In this document: piece after piece, positions 23,150 through 35,810 of the stretch | Numbering within the stretch: the stretch's first letter is position 1 | How the letters are laid out: every line of letters begins with the position of its first letter | Assembly: GCA_900088475.1 (NCBI GenBank) | Contig: FLMG01001166.1 | Span: forward strand, 1-64,000 | From: Hyphochytrium catenoides | Lineage: Eukaryota; Protista; Hyphochytriomycota | DNA length: 64,000 bases | Direction of reading: 5' to 3' | Program-made: the position numbers and the translations under genes | The notes under the pieces: model-generated | Seen by the model: only the letters and a program-made list of their open reading frames with translations | Databases searched by the model: none | Told to the model about the DNA's origin: nothing

Positions 23150-25564
23150 TCAGGCTGCTGACGGATACCTCCTAAAGCTCTCCATGGTTACCTTTACAGA
23201 GGCTGGATCGGAATAAGGCATCATCCGCCCGTCATCGCGTGGTAGCTGCCACATCCTCAGCGTCTCCCTGGCCACTTTCCTAACTGCGGAGTGCCAATGC
23301 GACTGAGCAACACAACGCAGTGCCTCTGATAGGCTTCCTTCTTCCGTTCTTTCTCCTTCACATCGCTCTAACATCTGCAGTGGACCTTCAACCTTCTTCA
23401 AAGCCTTCAGAGCGCCTAGTGCCACGTTCACATGAGGTGAGCGAATAGCGTTTCTCAGCCTGAGGATGAGCAGCGTCCTTATCGGTTCATGATGCGCTGA
23501 AGTGAGGCCCTTTACAAGCCCAGGAGAGACACTGAGTATCGCAGAGAGGACGTTGAGAGCTCGCACCTCCCTAGAAGAATCATTCTTCGACCAAGAGCGA
23601 AGGATGCTCCGCATTATCTTTAGTCCACAGCTTGTATAGCGCCGAGCAATTTCGACCGTCGTTGTTGTTAGGACCGCGAACTCTTTGGCTTCATCGTCAT
23701 GCATTGTGTTCAATAGCTTGACGATCGCTGGCACTAGCACGGTGCATATCCTAGTTTCTGACTCTAGGTTGAGAAAAACATCCAGACAAATCTTTAGCAG
23801 CATCTCCACGTCACCCACAAGGAAGACTGCGTCCGTCTTGACGTCTCTAAGGCCCTGTTCTCCCTTATCTGGGAGTCCCATCCCACCAGAAACGGCAGAA
23901 TAAGGCTCTACCTCTGTGCTGCGCTGAAGCAGAGCTTGGACAATGGCCTGGAAGACGATATGTGGGACTGACGGAGCGTCAGAGCGGAGAGAAAAAGACT
24001 TCAGGAGCTGATAGAGATAGACTTTCTGCACGTGAACGTCTGTGTGTTGGATGTCATGCACCAACCGAAGAATGAGGCTCGGTGTGATGGCTGAAGGATC
24101 GCAATTCTGTGCTGACTGCAAGCCAAGCTCTAGCATCACTAAGCTATTTCCCGCAGACGAGGCTGACTTCAGCTGCAGAAGCTTGTTCGTGCTGGGAAGA
24201 CTTGGAGTGAGAGGAGAGAATCCCCGCGGTGAGGTCTTCAATCCTCCGTCTGTAGAAGCTGCCATCGTCTCAAAGCTCTCATTCAGCGCCATTAGAAGCA
24301 CCTCCAGGGCGACAGCTTCAGCATCCGCGAGACAAACAATGTCTGACGACGTGTGCCTCTTTAGCATCCCAGAGCGTTGAGACGGAGAGAACTGGAAATC
24401 CTCAAAGCTACTAAGAAGGTCTCCAACTATTTTCTGGCTTCCAAAAGCCCAGAGCAAGACCCGAAGGCTATTCCCTCTTTCTTCAAGCCAAGAGAGGGAT
24501 CGCAAAAAGGCGCAGACAGCCTTTAGCAGATAATACTCTGGGATCCTTCTCCTCCACTTCTTCTTCTGCAGTGCCGCCAAGTTCTCCTGGACCTGGAAGG
24601 TCACTAAGGCCGCTGCATAGGCAAGTCTGACCTTACTACTGGCGCTGACAACTCGCCGAGTGGAGAGGGGGCGAAGAGAACTTGGCTGCTTTTGCGAGCC
24701 ACAGAAAAAGAGAGAGAGAGAGGGCTGCGAGCGAGCTGGAGGCGATAAGTCAGAAGAGAGAGACATGCAGTTGAGGGCTTTCAAGTTAAGTGTGCGCCCT
24801 GTCTCATCTATCGCCTCTCCCACTGCCTTCGGAAGAACCTCCTCCAGGCTATCGGCAAACCATTTAGAGAAGGAAGAGACATCAGCAGGAGAGAGAGGGA
24901 TTCGAAGACTTCCTACAGGTGGAGGAGATACGACGAGCCTGCTATTGGCTTGGTAGTCTCCGGCCCAGAGCCACTGAGGACAAGTGGACATGACAGGGGC
25001 ACAATAGTGCAGAATGTGGAAGAGTAGATCTTTGCTTCGGAGAGAATGCAAAGATGTTCCCGGTCTCTGGAAACAAAGAAGAAGAGTCCTCACTTGCTGC
25101 TGGAATTCCAAAGGAAACGAGAGGTGTGTCTCAGGACTCCACTGTTTCGGTTCTAACGCCACTCGCGCCGTCATCTCAAACTCTCCAGGTTTGACGGGCA
25201 ACACGGTGGCAACATATTCTCTATACTCTATCATGCGCCGTCTGAGACGATGCGGCGCTCTCTCTCCATATATCTTTCTCTCTGTCTGGCTCGCGGGACT
25301 GGCATTGAGGACAGAGTCTTTGTCTGTCCTGTCATATACCTCCCAACAGCTCTCTTCGGCGTACATTGGGATAGAGTGCCAGTCTCCAACTGGAGAGACA
25401 GCATCTGGAATGTTGCTCCAGAGCTCCGCCCTAACCTCCACATTGGAAACATCTCCATGGATTCGAACTCGGACTTTTGCGGTAAAAGGCTGAAGAAAGT
25501 GGCAGTGTGAGGTAGACTTTAGTGCCGGCGTGACGCTGGTAACCGCAGCATCTATGCTGCACAT
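23150..25564 (-). CDS. Intronless fusion: N-terminal beta-sandwich-like domain with a WSPETH-type insert + divergent PP2A B56(B')-like C-terminal region
   Basis: ORF of about 804 aa from ATG 25564. C-terminal blocks RSILRSWSKNDSSREVRALNVL, LRNAIRSPHVNVALGAL and AQSHWHSAVRKVARETL parallel the B56 blocks LLKYWPKT.S.KEVMFL, LAKCVSSPHFQVAERAL and SKTHWNKTI. Confidence 0.65.
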   Translation of the reverse strand: MCSIDAAVTSVTPALKSTSHCHFLQPFTAKVRVRIHGDVSNVEVRAELWSNIPDAVSPVGDWHSIPMYAEESCWEVYDRTDKDSVLNASPASQTERKIYGERAPHRLRRRMIEYREYVATVLPVKPGEFEMTARVALEPKQWSPETHLSFPLEFQQQVRTLLLCFQRPGTSLHSLRSKDLLFHILHYCAPVMSTCPQWLWAGDYQANSRLVVSPPPVGSLRIPLSPADVSSFSKWFADSLEEVLPKAVGEAIDETGRTLNLKALNCMSLSSDLSPPARSQPSLSLFFCGSQKQPSSLRPLSTRRVVSASSKVRLAYAAALVTFQVQENLAALQKKKWRRRIPEYYLLKAVCAFLRSLSWLEERGNSLRVLLWAFGSQKIVGDLLSSFEDFQFSPSQRSGMLKRHTSSDIVCLADAEAVALEVLLMALNESFETMAASTDGGLKTSPRGFSPLTPSLPSTNKLLQLKSASSAGNSLVMLELGLQSAQNCDPSAITPSLILRLVHDIQHTDVHVQKVYLYQLLKSFSLRSDAPSVPHIVFQAIVQALLQRSTEVEPYSAVSGGMGLPDKGEQGLRDVKTDAVFLVGDVEMLLKICLDVFLNLESETRICTVLVPAIVKLLNTMHDDEAKEFAVLTTTTVEIARRYTSCGLKIMRSILRSWSKNDSSREVRALNVLSAILSVSPGLVKGLTSAHHEPIRTLLILRLRNAIRSPHVNVALGALKALKKVEGPLQMLERCEGERTEEGSLSEALRCVAQSHWHSAVRKVARETLRMWQLPRDDGRMMPYSDPASVKVTMESFRRYPSAA

Positions 25565-28500
25565 CTTGCCACGAGTGGTGAGCAAGCTTGATCCTGACAG
25601 AGCTCAAAAGATCCCCTTCCTCGTGCTTCGCTTGTTTCTCTGATTCACTTCTACTACCCCAGGAGGCTGATGATAAACGCAAGGCGCGGCCACGACAGGT
25701 CTAGAGAAGATCGATGGACCGGATGCGGTGAATCGTAAAATAAGCACTTGCCCGGTGGTTGAAAGCCGGCATTCTCCCTGTCACACCGGAGGCAGGAGTA
25801 AGAAAGGGAGAAAGAAAGAGAGACCACGAAATGTGCGAGAAGTTCGAAAGGCCTTCTGAAAAAAAGTGCGGTTCTGCTGTCCAACTCAGGACACAACCGA
25901 TAACCAGTCTTCTTCTTTGCCTTGCAGACGCGCGCAATACCGAGAAAATCTACCCTGGTGAGCTAGCCACAGCCAGTAGTGTGCAGCTTAACAGCGCGCG
26001 GGGCCCGAGGAGAGGGCTTGAGAGTGTTTGGAATGAGGGCGGAGTGTGAGCCAAGCATGTAAGAGGAGCAAGAGAGAGAGAGAGAGAGAGAGAGCAGCTG
26101 ATGATTACTGTGTGAAGAGGAAGAGAGAGAAGCGCCAGTCAGGTTCGACGTGGACAGCGGAATGATCTGACTCTTCCTCCTTCCTCCTTGCTGCTTCTTT
26201 CTGCCCCCGCCTCCTAGAAGTGAAGGAATGACTGGCTTACCGCCTTCACATGGCTCGCACACCAGCGCCACTGCAGAGAAATGGGGCACAACGGGAGAGA
26301 GGGAGACGAGGGAAGGCGAAGAAAAGCGATCAGTTCAGAAGGAAGTTCCCCTCTGTAGATTCTGTCTGTCGGTCCGCGGCCGTGGGCGCCGAAAGCCAAG
26401 AAGAATCAGGCGCAGACGGATCGTAACGCGGGGGGCGCCCTCTGTCTTGTCGCGCTCTTCTCTCTTTTCCCTCTGTCTCTCTCAGGATCCCATCTTTATC
26501 CTGTCGTTCCTATTCTATACAGTTTCTACTCCCTCTCTCCTTCTCCCTCTTTTTCACTGTTGGCATCTCTCTATCTCCTTCCCTGCCTGGTATTCACATT
26601 GCCCCAGTAGCAGAAGCGACAAAACGTCATGACATTCCGCACTTTGCGCAGCTGCGATGATCCAAAAAACCCTGATCCTATGGCGCTTAAAGCTACTATT
26701 ATATGGCAATGCTCATCAATTGTTCCTAATCGTCCACCGCTCTCGGTGACAAGATGGTTTCTGTCTGTGTTATCAGCAGTCTTCCCCATTGATGTGGAAG
26801 GGTACAAAGTAAGTCCTGACAGATGACATGACCTCCTTCCTATGGCCAACCTTGTAAGGCGTAGATTTACAGTGTTTTTGGCAGGTCAAACCCTGGTAAA
26901 ATATTGTGCCAGCGTAGAGCCAGAGTGAAGAATGCCACCCATACCTGACATCTGGATGACGTACGTGAATATAATCGTGTCAAACAGGAGTGAAGTATGG
27001 GAAGGGACACAAAGAAGGACACCTTCTCCTTCCTTCCCTCTCATCGTTCAGCTTCCACCATCATCCTACCCTGGTCACAGAGATGAGGAAGAGCAAGGGT
27101 AATAAAAGAAAGGGGTAGAGGCTTCCCAGCTCCATCACTGGTTCTTTTTGCGGGCGCTTTGGTCTTCATAACATGACCGCCTCTTCTTCCACTCAGCTCT
27201 TCATTCGTTAGTAAAGCTCGATGCTTAGTCCGCCTTCTTTGGCACATCATCCCTCGTCATCGTTTACGAACGCTTCGCGCTACAGGTACAAGCTTTTGGT
27301 CAAGGGCTGTGTTTTGTATGGTGTCCTACGTGACAGAGTCCTTACACACACAGCCAAATGCTTAAATTTATTAGGGGACACACCTACAAGGTCCTCGAAG
27401 GGAGTTTATTGTAGACCGGCCGTCCTTTTCTTCCAATATTGACGTATATTCTGTTGTAGTGATAAAATCCTTTCTATTCTACCTAATCCCTGAAACGGGT
27501 CTTGATTCTTTCACCTCAAGGTAGTTCTAGCGGCGTAGACCCTTGCCAGACTCTCCCACGATTTTCGCAAGCGGCCACGGATGATAAACCTCGAATTTAT
27601 ACTCCTAGAATGCGAGACATGGCGACAATTATGGCTCGTTTATTTCTTTCAATTTCAAAGATGCGGAAAGTATGTTACATATAATGAAGAACGAGGTTAC
27701 CGAAACCTTTTGCAACATTCCGTTTCTTTCCCGAGACCCAGATTCTGAGGAACTGCTGCCTTGTTAGAACAGAAATCCACCGCTCCTCTCCTCTTCCCCT
27801 GGTCTATTACGACGATGGACATCGTCAATGTACTAGCGGTGTTAGGACTACCCTTTATGAAACTAAGGGAAGAGGGAGAGTTTTTCGGAATGCGACAATC
27901 TAAGAGCAGTGAAGGCCAAGGTTGCTTCATATAGCCCTCTCAGAGCTCAAGAGCATTAGAACTACCGCTTAAAATTACATTCACTCCGCTGTCTTGCGAC
28001 CAAATAAACTGTCAAAGGTTCTTTTGCGATGAAATAGGGTTTGGGGGACCTGAAGTAGCAGAAAGGTGCCACGCCGACCTTTGCGATTCTGCACGTAAAG
28101 TTCAAGATCCTTCTCATCTGTCTTTCTGGTAGATCTACAGTCTTCAGGGGCTAGAACTACCTTTGTTGGTCTTCTACACTCAGAAAAGCCAAGCTTCAAC
28201 TTGCAGACCGGACAAACGTAGAGCTTGGAGATGCGCTGCGGCGCAGATGGAGGAGAAAGGCGATTCTTTTAGCGAATCATTGAAGAGGAGGTCACCGTCA
28301 ACACTATCCACTCATTCATATACTTGATAGCTCCGCATAGTTCTACCACCACTTCGTTTTCATTTGGCCTGATAGCTTCCTTGAACAGAAAGTTCTGAAC
28401 ATCTGTTCTTCGCTCGGTCAGCGTTTATTGGCGTGAGCGGTAATAGGGAGATGGAGGGAAGCGCGTATGCACAGGCGATAATGTCAGGAACGCTCGCAGA

Positions 28501-29276
28501 TACCATCACTACTATGAAATCTACAAGCTCAACAGCGGCTCTGGGGTCAATAAAGGGCTAATATTCTCAATGCTCAATCTTTCTAGTTCCAAAATGAAAG
28601 CTGTGCTGAGAGTACCATTTGGGAGAGAAATGAGGCTGGTGTTGTGAAGCCCTATTATTATCTTGGGAATATATTTGGTAGGTAGGCCACCTTGCCAAAG
28701 TAGAAGGAACCGCTAAGTAAAAGAACCCAGAAACTTTACCTCAATGCAGCTGCAGGAGGCTTATTTAAAGGCCCGTGTAGGGCTTATGAAGATCCTGGCC
28801 CTGGCCCTCAACCCTACTTAGAAGTTTTTAGCTATTTCTAATTCCTTATTACGGGTCTCCATTTTCCTTTTGTCCAGATCTCGATATGCAGCTGTCCGTT
28901 CTCTTGTGGTCAAACATCTCTTGCACGTGGACCACTCAACGGTGTGGAGGTGCAGAACACAAAGGCCCATTTTTATGAGTTTATCACTGGCCGAAGAAAC
29001 ACTACATCGCCGGTATTGGAGATGCGCTTTGCTTCTGGGCGGTGGGCTTCCATGTAGCAATGAATCAATAGATCTCAGAGAATGTCAAGTCATATCCTCA
29101 GCAAACAGCTAGATGAACACATGCAATCGGCTTTCTATGAGAATCTTGCACTTAAAATGTACGTAGAAGAAGCGCTGATCCATCCCCAATTTCCTGCTTT
29201 GGACACCGTTCCTTAGACTTTGGGGTCACGCCAGACAATACCCTAGACTTGCCTCAATCAGCTATGGCGGGAAGAA

Positions 29277-31172
29277 CTACTGTGACAGTTTGGCTTTCAT
29301 AGCGGCTGCTGCCTTCAGTCGCACAGCGTTAACCCGAATAAAGCCCTGAGCATCAACGGGGTTATAATCAAACACCTCTCCGCCGTGCTCGATGTCCATA
29401 GATGCCAGGTCAGCATCATAAAGAGCAAATGGAGACGAGCGGCCGAGCACCGTCACGTTGCCCTTGTACAGCTTCAAGCGAACAAGTCCACTCACGGATT
29501 CCTGGGAGAGGTCAATTGCGCCGCGGACAAACTCCATCTCAGGAGCAAACCAGAAGCCATTGTAGCAATACTCCGAGAATTTAGCTGAGAGCATATCCCG
29601 GACCTGCGTCCAAGCAGTGCAACTCTTAAGTCCCAGCACAACAAACTTGGAGTAAAATGGACACACTTCAAACAGCTATGGGGAGTTTGGTACTCCTCTT
29701 ACCTTCATTACTTCTCTGTCCATACATAAGCCCTCGAGGTCCAAATGCGCCTCCCGTAGGATGGTTCCTCCAGGGGTCTCATAGACCCCTCGCGACTTGA
29801 TGCCCACAAATCTTTTGCATAGACGTTCAGTGTCTCGGGCTAACTGCATGTAAAGTTTCTGACTTACCTATTCTCTACAATATCTATCCGTCCTATGCCA
29901 TTTCTTCCTGCGACCTCATTGAGGTACAGGAATAGATCGAGGGCATCCGTCTTTTCCGTCCCGTCAGTCTCATTGACCACTTTAACAGGAACACCCTTCT
30001 CGAAGCTTATGGAGATTACTTCCTCCTACCATAGAGGAAAAGATGAGTATTGTATGCCTTTCTCAAGCCACTAGTCCAGTGATCTAACCTTATCAGGGGC
30101 GTCCGATGGATCAACTGTCATCTTGAACATTTCCTTGATAGGGGGTGTCATGGGGTCCTCCAGCATTCCTGCATGCCGCAAGTCAGGTCGATAAATGAGA
30201 ACACTTTGCATCATCTCCTGCGGAAGATTCATAGCCCTAGGCTATCAGAAAAAAAGGCGCGCATGGAGCGGCCCCGATAGAATAGCCGAAGAGGACAGAG
30301 ATAGCAGCAGAATATAGCACACCTGATTCATAGCTTGTGTGATAAAGATTTTCATCCACACTGTATGGAGCTTTAGGAGTAGCATCGACTGGAATGCCCT
30401 GCTCACTGCAGTACGCGAGAAGATCCTTACGGCCTTTGAATTTCTGTATAAGAGCAAGGCAAACGGAGAGATGCATGGATTAGTCTAGTCGACTCTGGTA
30501 TGCAAAATGGTTGCACCTACCTCAAAGAACGCCGGGTCACGCCAAGGGGCAATGGTCTTTAGTGTAGGATCAAGCGCTTGTGCACAAAGCTCAAAGCGGA
30601 CCTGTCAGACCGTTACTGTCACCGACCAATCATAGCTTAAGAGAGATATTAACAACAGTCCCTTACCTGGTCATTGCCCTTTCCTGTAGCCCCATGAGCA
30701 AGGTATTTTGCACCTTCTTTCTGGGCGATCTCCACCTGCTTTCTGGCAATGATTGGCCGGGCAAGGGAGGTACCAAGAAGGTATCGACCTTCATAGACTG
30801 CATTGGCCTTTACAGCTGGCCAAATAGCGTCGCAGACAAACTCCTCTCTGAGGTCTTCAATGTAGACCTTAGAAGCACCAAGAAGCTTGGCCTTCAAAGG
30901 TGAGAAACATGTCACAGGTAAACGGATATTATGTCAGCCTAAAGCGGGCATATAGTGGCCTTTGCGTTAACGTAGTAACCTCTTCGATTTACCTTGTTCT
31001 CTACTGCAGTAAAGTCTTCCTCAAACTGCCCTACATTGGCGCAATAGCAGATGACTTCATAGCCCTTGTTCTCTAGCCACTTCAAGATGACAGAAGTGTC
31101 CAGGCCTCCGGAGTAGGCAAGGACAACCTTCTCCTTCTTCATCTTCTTTGGGCTGCGTGGGCTTCCTGGCAT
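29277..31172 (-). CDS. ASS1: Argininosuccinate synthase, 8 exons
   Basis: Motifs [101 protein letters not shown]; all exons in phase. Confidence 0.97.
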
Positions 31173-32859
31173 CTTTCTGAGTTCTCTTATCGCAGTGGAC
31201 GAGGAACGAAGCTTGTCTTGGAAAAGAGAAAGTGGATCTGCTGTGGCGAAGAAAGAAGGCCAATGATGAGCTGCGAAGACCAGGCAGGGGGATGGTCATA
31301 CCATCATCATGTCTCTCTCTGTCTCTCCACAATTCGCTATTTCTGATCGTTTCTCTTCCTGCTCTGGCTCGTAGGCCAGCTAACTTAAGGGTGGAAAAAA
31401 CCGTATCCAAACTGTATCTCTCTCATGCTCTGTCTCCCTCGCTTTGAGCTCTTTGTATCATTACAAATGTCTGTTGGCTGGAAGATACAGATAATATCCT
31501 GATCATTGAAGCTCATGTCCGCGCACGGGTATCCTGCAACACTGGAGAGGCTATTTATGTGATAAAGCTAGAAATGCTGGAAATAGTGCTCTCTCACCCC
31601 GTGAGGGAAATACTAGTGAGTGTAATAATGACGTGATCGTCAAGCAGTAATGGATCTTTTGCTGATAATAGTAGCTCTTCTTCAGCTTTCTTCGTCATAT
31701 ATGAAAGGCATGTCGTCCCAAGCGAACTGCGGGTAGGGAGATACCAATTGGGGGATAAAGAGTGCACGTGAGATGTCAAGAATCCATTGGCACCCTGTAG
31801 CAGCAGTGAGACAGAGTCAAAAGAGATAAAAGACAAAGACAACCTCCTCCTTTCTGAAAAGGCATACAGACAAGGTGATTCTAGGTGATAAGAACACTGA
31901 TGAGATTCCTAGGTTTTCTTATGAAAACTGTCCTTGTGATGAGCTCATAACTCAAGCCGCTGTCAGCCAGTTCTTCAGTTCTTCTCTTGTTGTTGGAGAC
32001 AATATTGGTTTCCTGATTCTGGGACGGACAAGGTTGATGAGGTGGCACAGGAAGAAGCGAACATACAGTGCAGTTCTGCAGGGACGAGGACTGGAAGGAG
32101 AACTTTCTTCTGGTTGATAAACACAGAGTGTCGCCTTCTCTACTATACCAGTGAAGGTATTCCTGATGTTTGGATAGCAGCAGTCATGTTGTTGGTGCAG
32201 CAGGGAGCTTTGCTTGAGAAAGCTGGGGCTCTAGATCTACTGGCAATAGAATTGTATGAAGCACAGCCACCACCTTGTTCGCCATAATGCAGAAAGAGTA
32301 ACATGTTTTAGAGTTAGCTGCTAGTAGGAAAGAAAACGGATTGTCGTTGCTCTGGCCGTAGAGGATGTTTTGCTGATAATGTACAGAGCGCTATCGCTCA
32401 CCATGGTTCGTGCCCTGTTGGGACTTTCATAGTCGCCTAGTAGATAATAATTCATCGGTTCTGCATTCTCTTGAATGGTGTTTGAGCTTCTAGGAGAGTG
32501 ATGCATGCTAGGCCTAATAGTCGCGCTTCGGCTCGTTCTTCTTGGGCCTCGTGTGTGTGCTCTGCATCAGCGTGTTACCATGACTTTTCTTCGACTTGAA
32601 TGGCCTTCCCGGATGGAATTCTCCTACCTTATCGCAGCGGATCATAGACTTCTCTACTAATCCTTCCAGCTTTGTCCTTGTAAACTCTAACGACCATCCT
32701 AAGATCCTCACAAACGGGTTTAGAGGATTCGTCGGAGAAACAGAGCACCAAAGTGCTGCAATTATTCAGGGCACTGTCTTGGCATTTAGCTAAAACATCT
32801 CCTGGTGAGACCTACAACAAACACCAGATAGATAAACGGATGGATATAGTGCCAAAAGC

Positions 32860-33387
32860 TAGTCAGCTGACTCATTCTTGGCAGCGTACTACTCGACGAT
32901 GTTCTTCGATATCCAAATTAATATCAAAAACTTTACCTTCAATTGCAGTGGGGACGCCTCAACGTGATCCCCCACAATAAGATCCTTACAGGTCTTTGTC
33001 ACAAGGCAGAGAGGTGAGAGCGTTAAGGAGAGGACTAAGGACTATGGAGGAGCGCTCATCAAGGAATTGTCCCTTCTAGTAAGGAGGTCAAAGAAAGAGC
33101 AATCTGGTGGCTTGATGAGGATATCATTTTCTTCATTCTTCCATGCAATGTCAGCCACGAACTGCAGGCGGAGAGAAAAATGGAAACCTCAATAAGCTTT
33201 CTTATAGGAATAACCCTGATTAAAATTTGTCACATACATATACATATATCTTCATTGCCTGGATCTCGGATTGTAAACGGTAGGTCAGAGTGAGTTCCAT
33301 ATCTTCCAACAACAGCCCCGGATTCGGGGAGACTCTAACCGAATCGATGGAAAGCCTACTTCCGCCATCACCACTAGGTGACGCCAT
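32860..33387 (-). pseudogene. Possible decayed ASF1-like-fold gene
   Basis: First exon RLSIDSVRVSPNPGLLLEDMELTLTYRLQSEI..IYVY joined to FVADIAWK resembles the start of ASF1-like proteins. The downstream exon hits stops or frameshifts. Confidence 0.25.
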
Positions 33388-34304
33388 GACCCACGTGCCG
33401 TCGTAACGAAGAATCCCCAAGTCGAGTTAACGAGAGGGCGAATGAAAATCTTCAATGAAGGACCACCACCGGCAGAAGACACCACCTTGGAGTTATGCGC
33501 GCGCCAGGTGTATCAAGCCCAAGCACTGAAGAAAGCAATTAATTAACTGCTTGGAAAAGTAAAGGGTCGATTCACCATCGAGAACTGCGCTGGGTACCAA
33601 CCTCTACAAGAAGAGGAAGAAGCTCAGCGTTAGGTTAATGGCGCCCACCGCTACGGAGGTCCTCCCACCACTTCTCATTGGATAGCCACCTTCTCATCAT
33701 CAAAACCCTAATGGATGATAGGTCGACAATTCCAAATGTAGAACTTCCATATTCCTAATGTTGCGATAACGTCCATTACTACTGCCCATCGAAGCCTCAG
33801 TCCTAGGGTTAGATTGGTTGAGATAATAGTGCGGGAACCGTTCGCATCTGTCACAAACAGACAAACAATGCCCTTGTTCTTTATTCTTTGGACTTGAACA
33901 AGTGTACAGTCAGCGTTTCTGTGTCTCGATTCTCGGTGGTTTCTAGGAATGAATTCCGAAAGGCTCATCATACAATTCGAAGAGAATTAGAACGCTTGGG
34001 GCTGAGTTGAAGAGCATTTCCGTTGGTCACTGGCTCGATGAGCTGGAGAGGCAGCCGCACTTCATATTTTACCGCCAGAACTGAAAGAAAGAAGATTATT
34101 GTGAAGACGCCGGCGCGACTGGGAAGACCATCGCTGGCAGTTAGTAGGACTACATGTTCAGGAAACGGAGATCAAGGTGCTAACACTCTTGATAGTGCGT
34201 GGTTCACCCTCCGAACTTCTAATCTAAATTCTGTGTTATCAGACAACCAGAATTGGTAGAGCTTGTGGCAAACGAGTCTATCACTGACACGTCCCACTGA
34301 TAAG

Positions 34305-35810
34305 ATGGGCATTACCTCTCCTGGACTGGCTGCCGCGGGTTTGCGGTGGGCTGACGTCCTTTCAAGCCTCTTTGAAAAGGAGAGATGTGGAACCGTTTTT
34401 CAGTTTGGCTTTGACTTGGAGCACCTGGAAACCCTGAGCAATGAAGCAGACTCAGTGGTCTGTATTGATAGCTTCACAGACTCAGCCCCGGAGCTAGATG
34501 ACCGAAAGAACATCACCTACATCTCTTCCAACCCACTCACATTCTTACCGAAAGTACACAGCGGCTGCAGTGCTTGGGTTAGCCAAGATATGAGATGGTT
34601 GTCAGATGAAGACATTGTTAGCCTTATCAAGAACCTTGAGTTGACCTTTCAGGGAGCGCCCATTCTCATACTCACAGACTATGACTGTACAGCGGCGGCT
34701 GACACGATGTGGTTCCCCTCATATGTGAGGAGTTTGAACCGCTTACGTACTCTGTTTGGAAGTGGCACTATGATTCCAGAGATCGTATTTCAGGATACAC
34801 GAGCCGCAAAAATATTGTTCAATCTACAGAAACAAGAAGTATCCCTTTCTATTCACGGCTCGGAGTCAAGCTCGCGCTGCTCCCAGAGATGTGCAGCGGT
34901 ACCGAAGGAGGAGCAAGTCCAAGAGATTCCGCTTCTCGCGACACCAGAGGATAGCTCTGACGCAGCGGAGACTCTAGCAGTAGCTATACACTTTGGTATC
35001 GAAATAGTGAAAGAGCTAATCGAAGAAGATGCAGATTTACCTTTACGGAAGACATTCTCTTTTCTGGATCTCGGCGGCGGAGCCTACGGTACGGGTGCGG
35101 CATTGACTGCAGAAGTGGCATATTGTTTGGTCGCTGAAGTGAACAAGGAGCTCTTGAGCCAGTTAAGGGACTCTTTCCACTCTTTGAGTATGTCCCATGT
35201 CTTCCTCATCAATGGGAGCTTTGATCTCTGGCTTAGCCAGGCGCGTGCAGAGCTACCCAATGCTTTTTGGAACACCCGCAGAATTGCCGGTTTGCTGATG
35301 AATAGTTTGCAGCGAATTCCAGCGCGACAACGGCGAGAGTTTCTTCAGCATGTGGTGGACTTTGTAGGGGAGGGAGGTGTTCTTATATTGACGACCTTCA
35401 AGCAAACTGCGTCTTCGTTGGTGCCGTTAAGGTTGTCCTTTCTCCCAGATTCCAGCCGGCTTGAATGGTTCAGAGAGGATGACCTGCTGGACCTTATTGG
35501 CTCTCTGTCACATGTGCTAGACGTTGAGGTCAAAGTTACGAGGGTCATGGTGGGTGTTGTCTGCCATATTGGAGGCAACAACCAACAAAATCAACCTAAA
35601 CCACACGTGGTTCCCGCTGCGTCTACCGGTGTATACTCTCCTTCCTTCGGCGTCGGAAATTCGGAGGCTACCAGTGCCCAAGAAGAGAAGACAGAAGAGG
35701 TTGCGGAAGAGGAAGAAGAAGAAGATCCTTATGCCTTCTACTCTTCGATGCATGACCCTAGATCTGTTCACTACCGGCAGACCTGTATCAGCAGTAGCCC
35801 GATACCCTAG
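34305..35810 (+). CDS. Divergent tandem class I SAM-methyltransferase-like protein
   Basis: ORF of about 501 aa. Second half: FLDLGGGAYGTG, LVAEVNKELL, RREFLQHVVDFVGEGGVLIL. First half: VVCIDSF, WLSDEDIVSLIKNL, ILILTDY, YVRSLNRLRTLF (degenerate MTase fold). Acidic tail; the 3' end may be spliced. Confidence 0.6.
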   Translation: MGITSPGLAAAGLRWADVLSSLFEKERCGTVFQFGFDLEHLETLSNEADSVVCIDSFTDSAPELDDRKNITYISSNPLTFLPKVHSGCSAWVSQDMRWLSDEDIVSLIKNLELTFQGAPILILTDYDCTAAADTMWFPSYVRSLNRLRTLFGSGTMIPEIVFQDTRAAKILFNLQKQEVSLSIHGSESSSRCSQRCAAVPKEEQVQEIPLLATPEDSSDAAETLAVAIHFGIEIVKELIEEDADLPLRKTFSFLDLGGGAYGTGAALTAEVAYCLVAEVNKELLSQLRDSFHSLSMSHVFLINGSFDLWLSQARAELPNAFWNTRRIAGLLMNSLQRIPARQRREFLQHVVDFVGEGGVLILTTFKQTASSLVPLRLSFLPDSSRLEWFREDDLLDLIGSLSHVLDVEVKVTRVMVGVVCHIGGNNQQNQPKPHVVPAASTGVYSPSFGVGNSEATSAQEEKTEEVAEEEEEEDPYAFYSSMHDPRSVHYRQTCISSSPIP

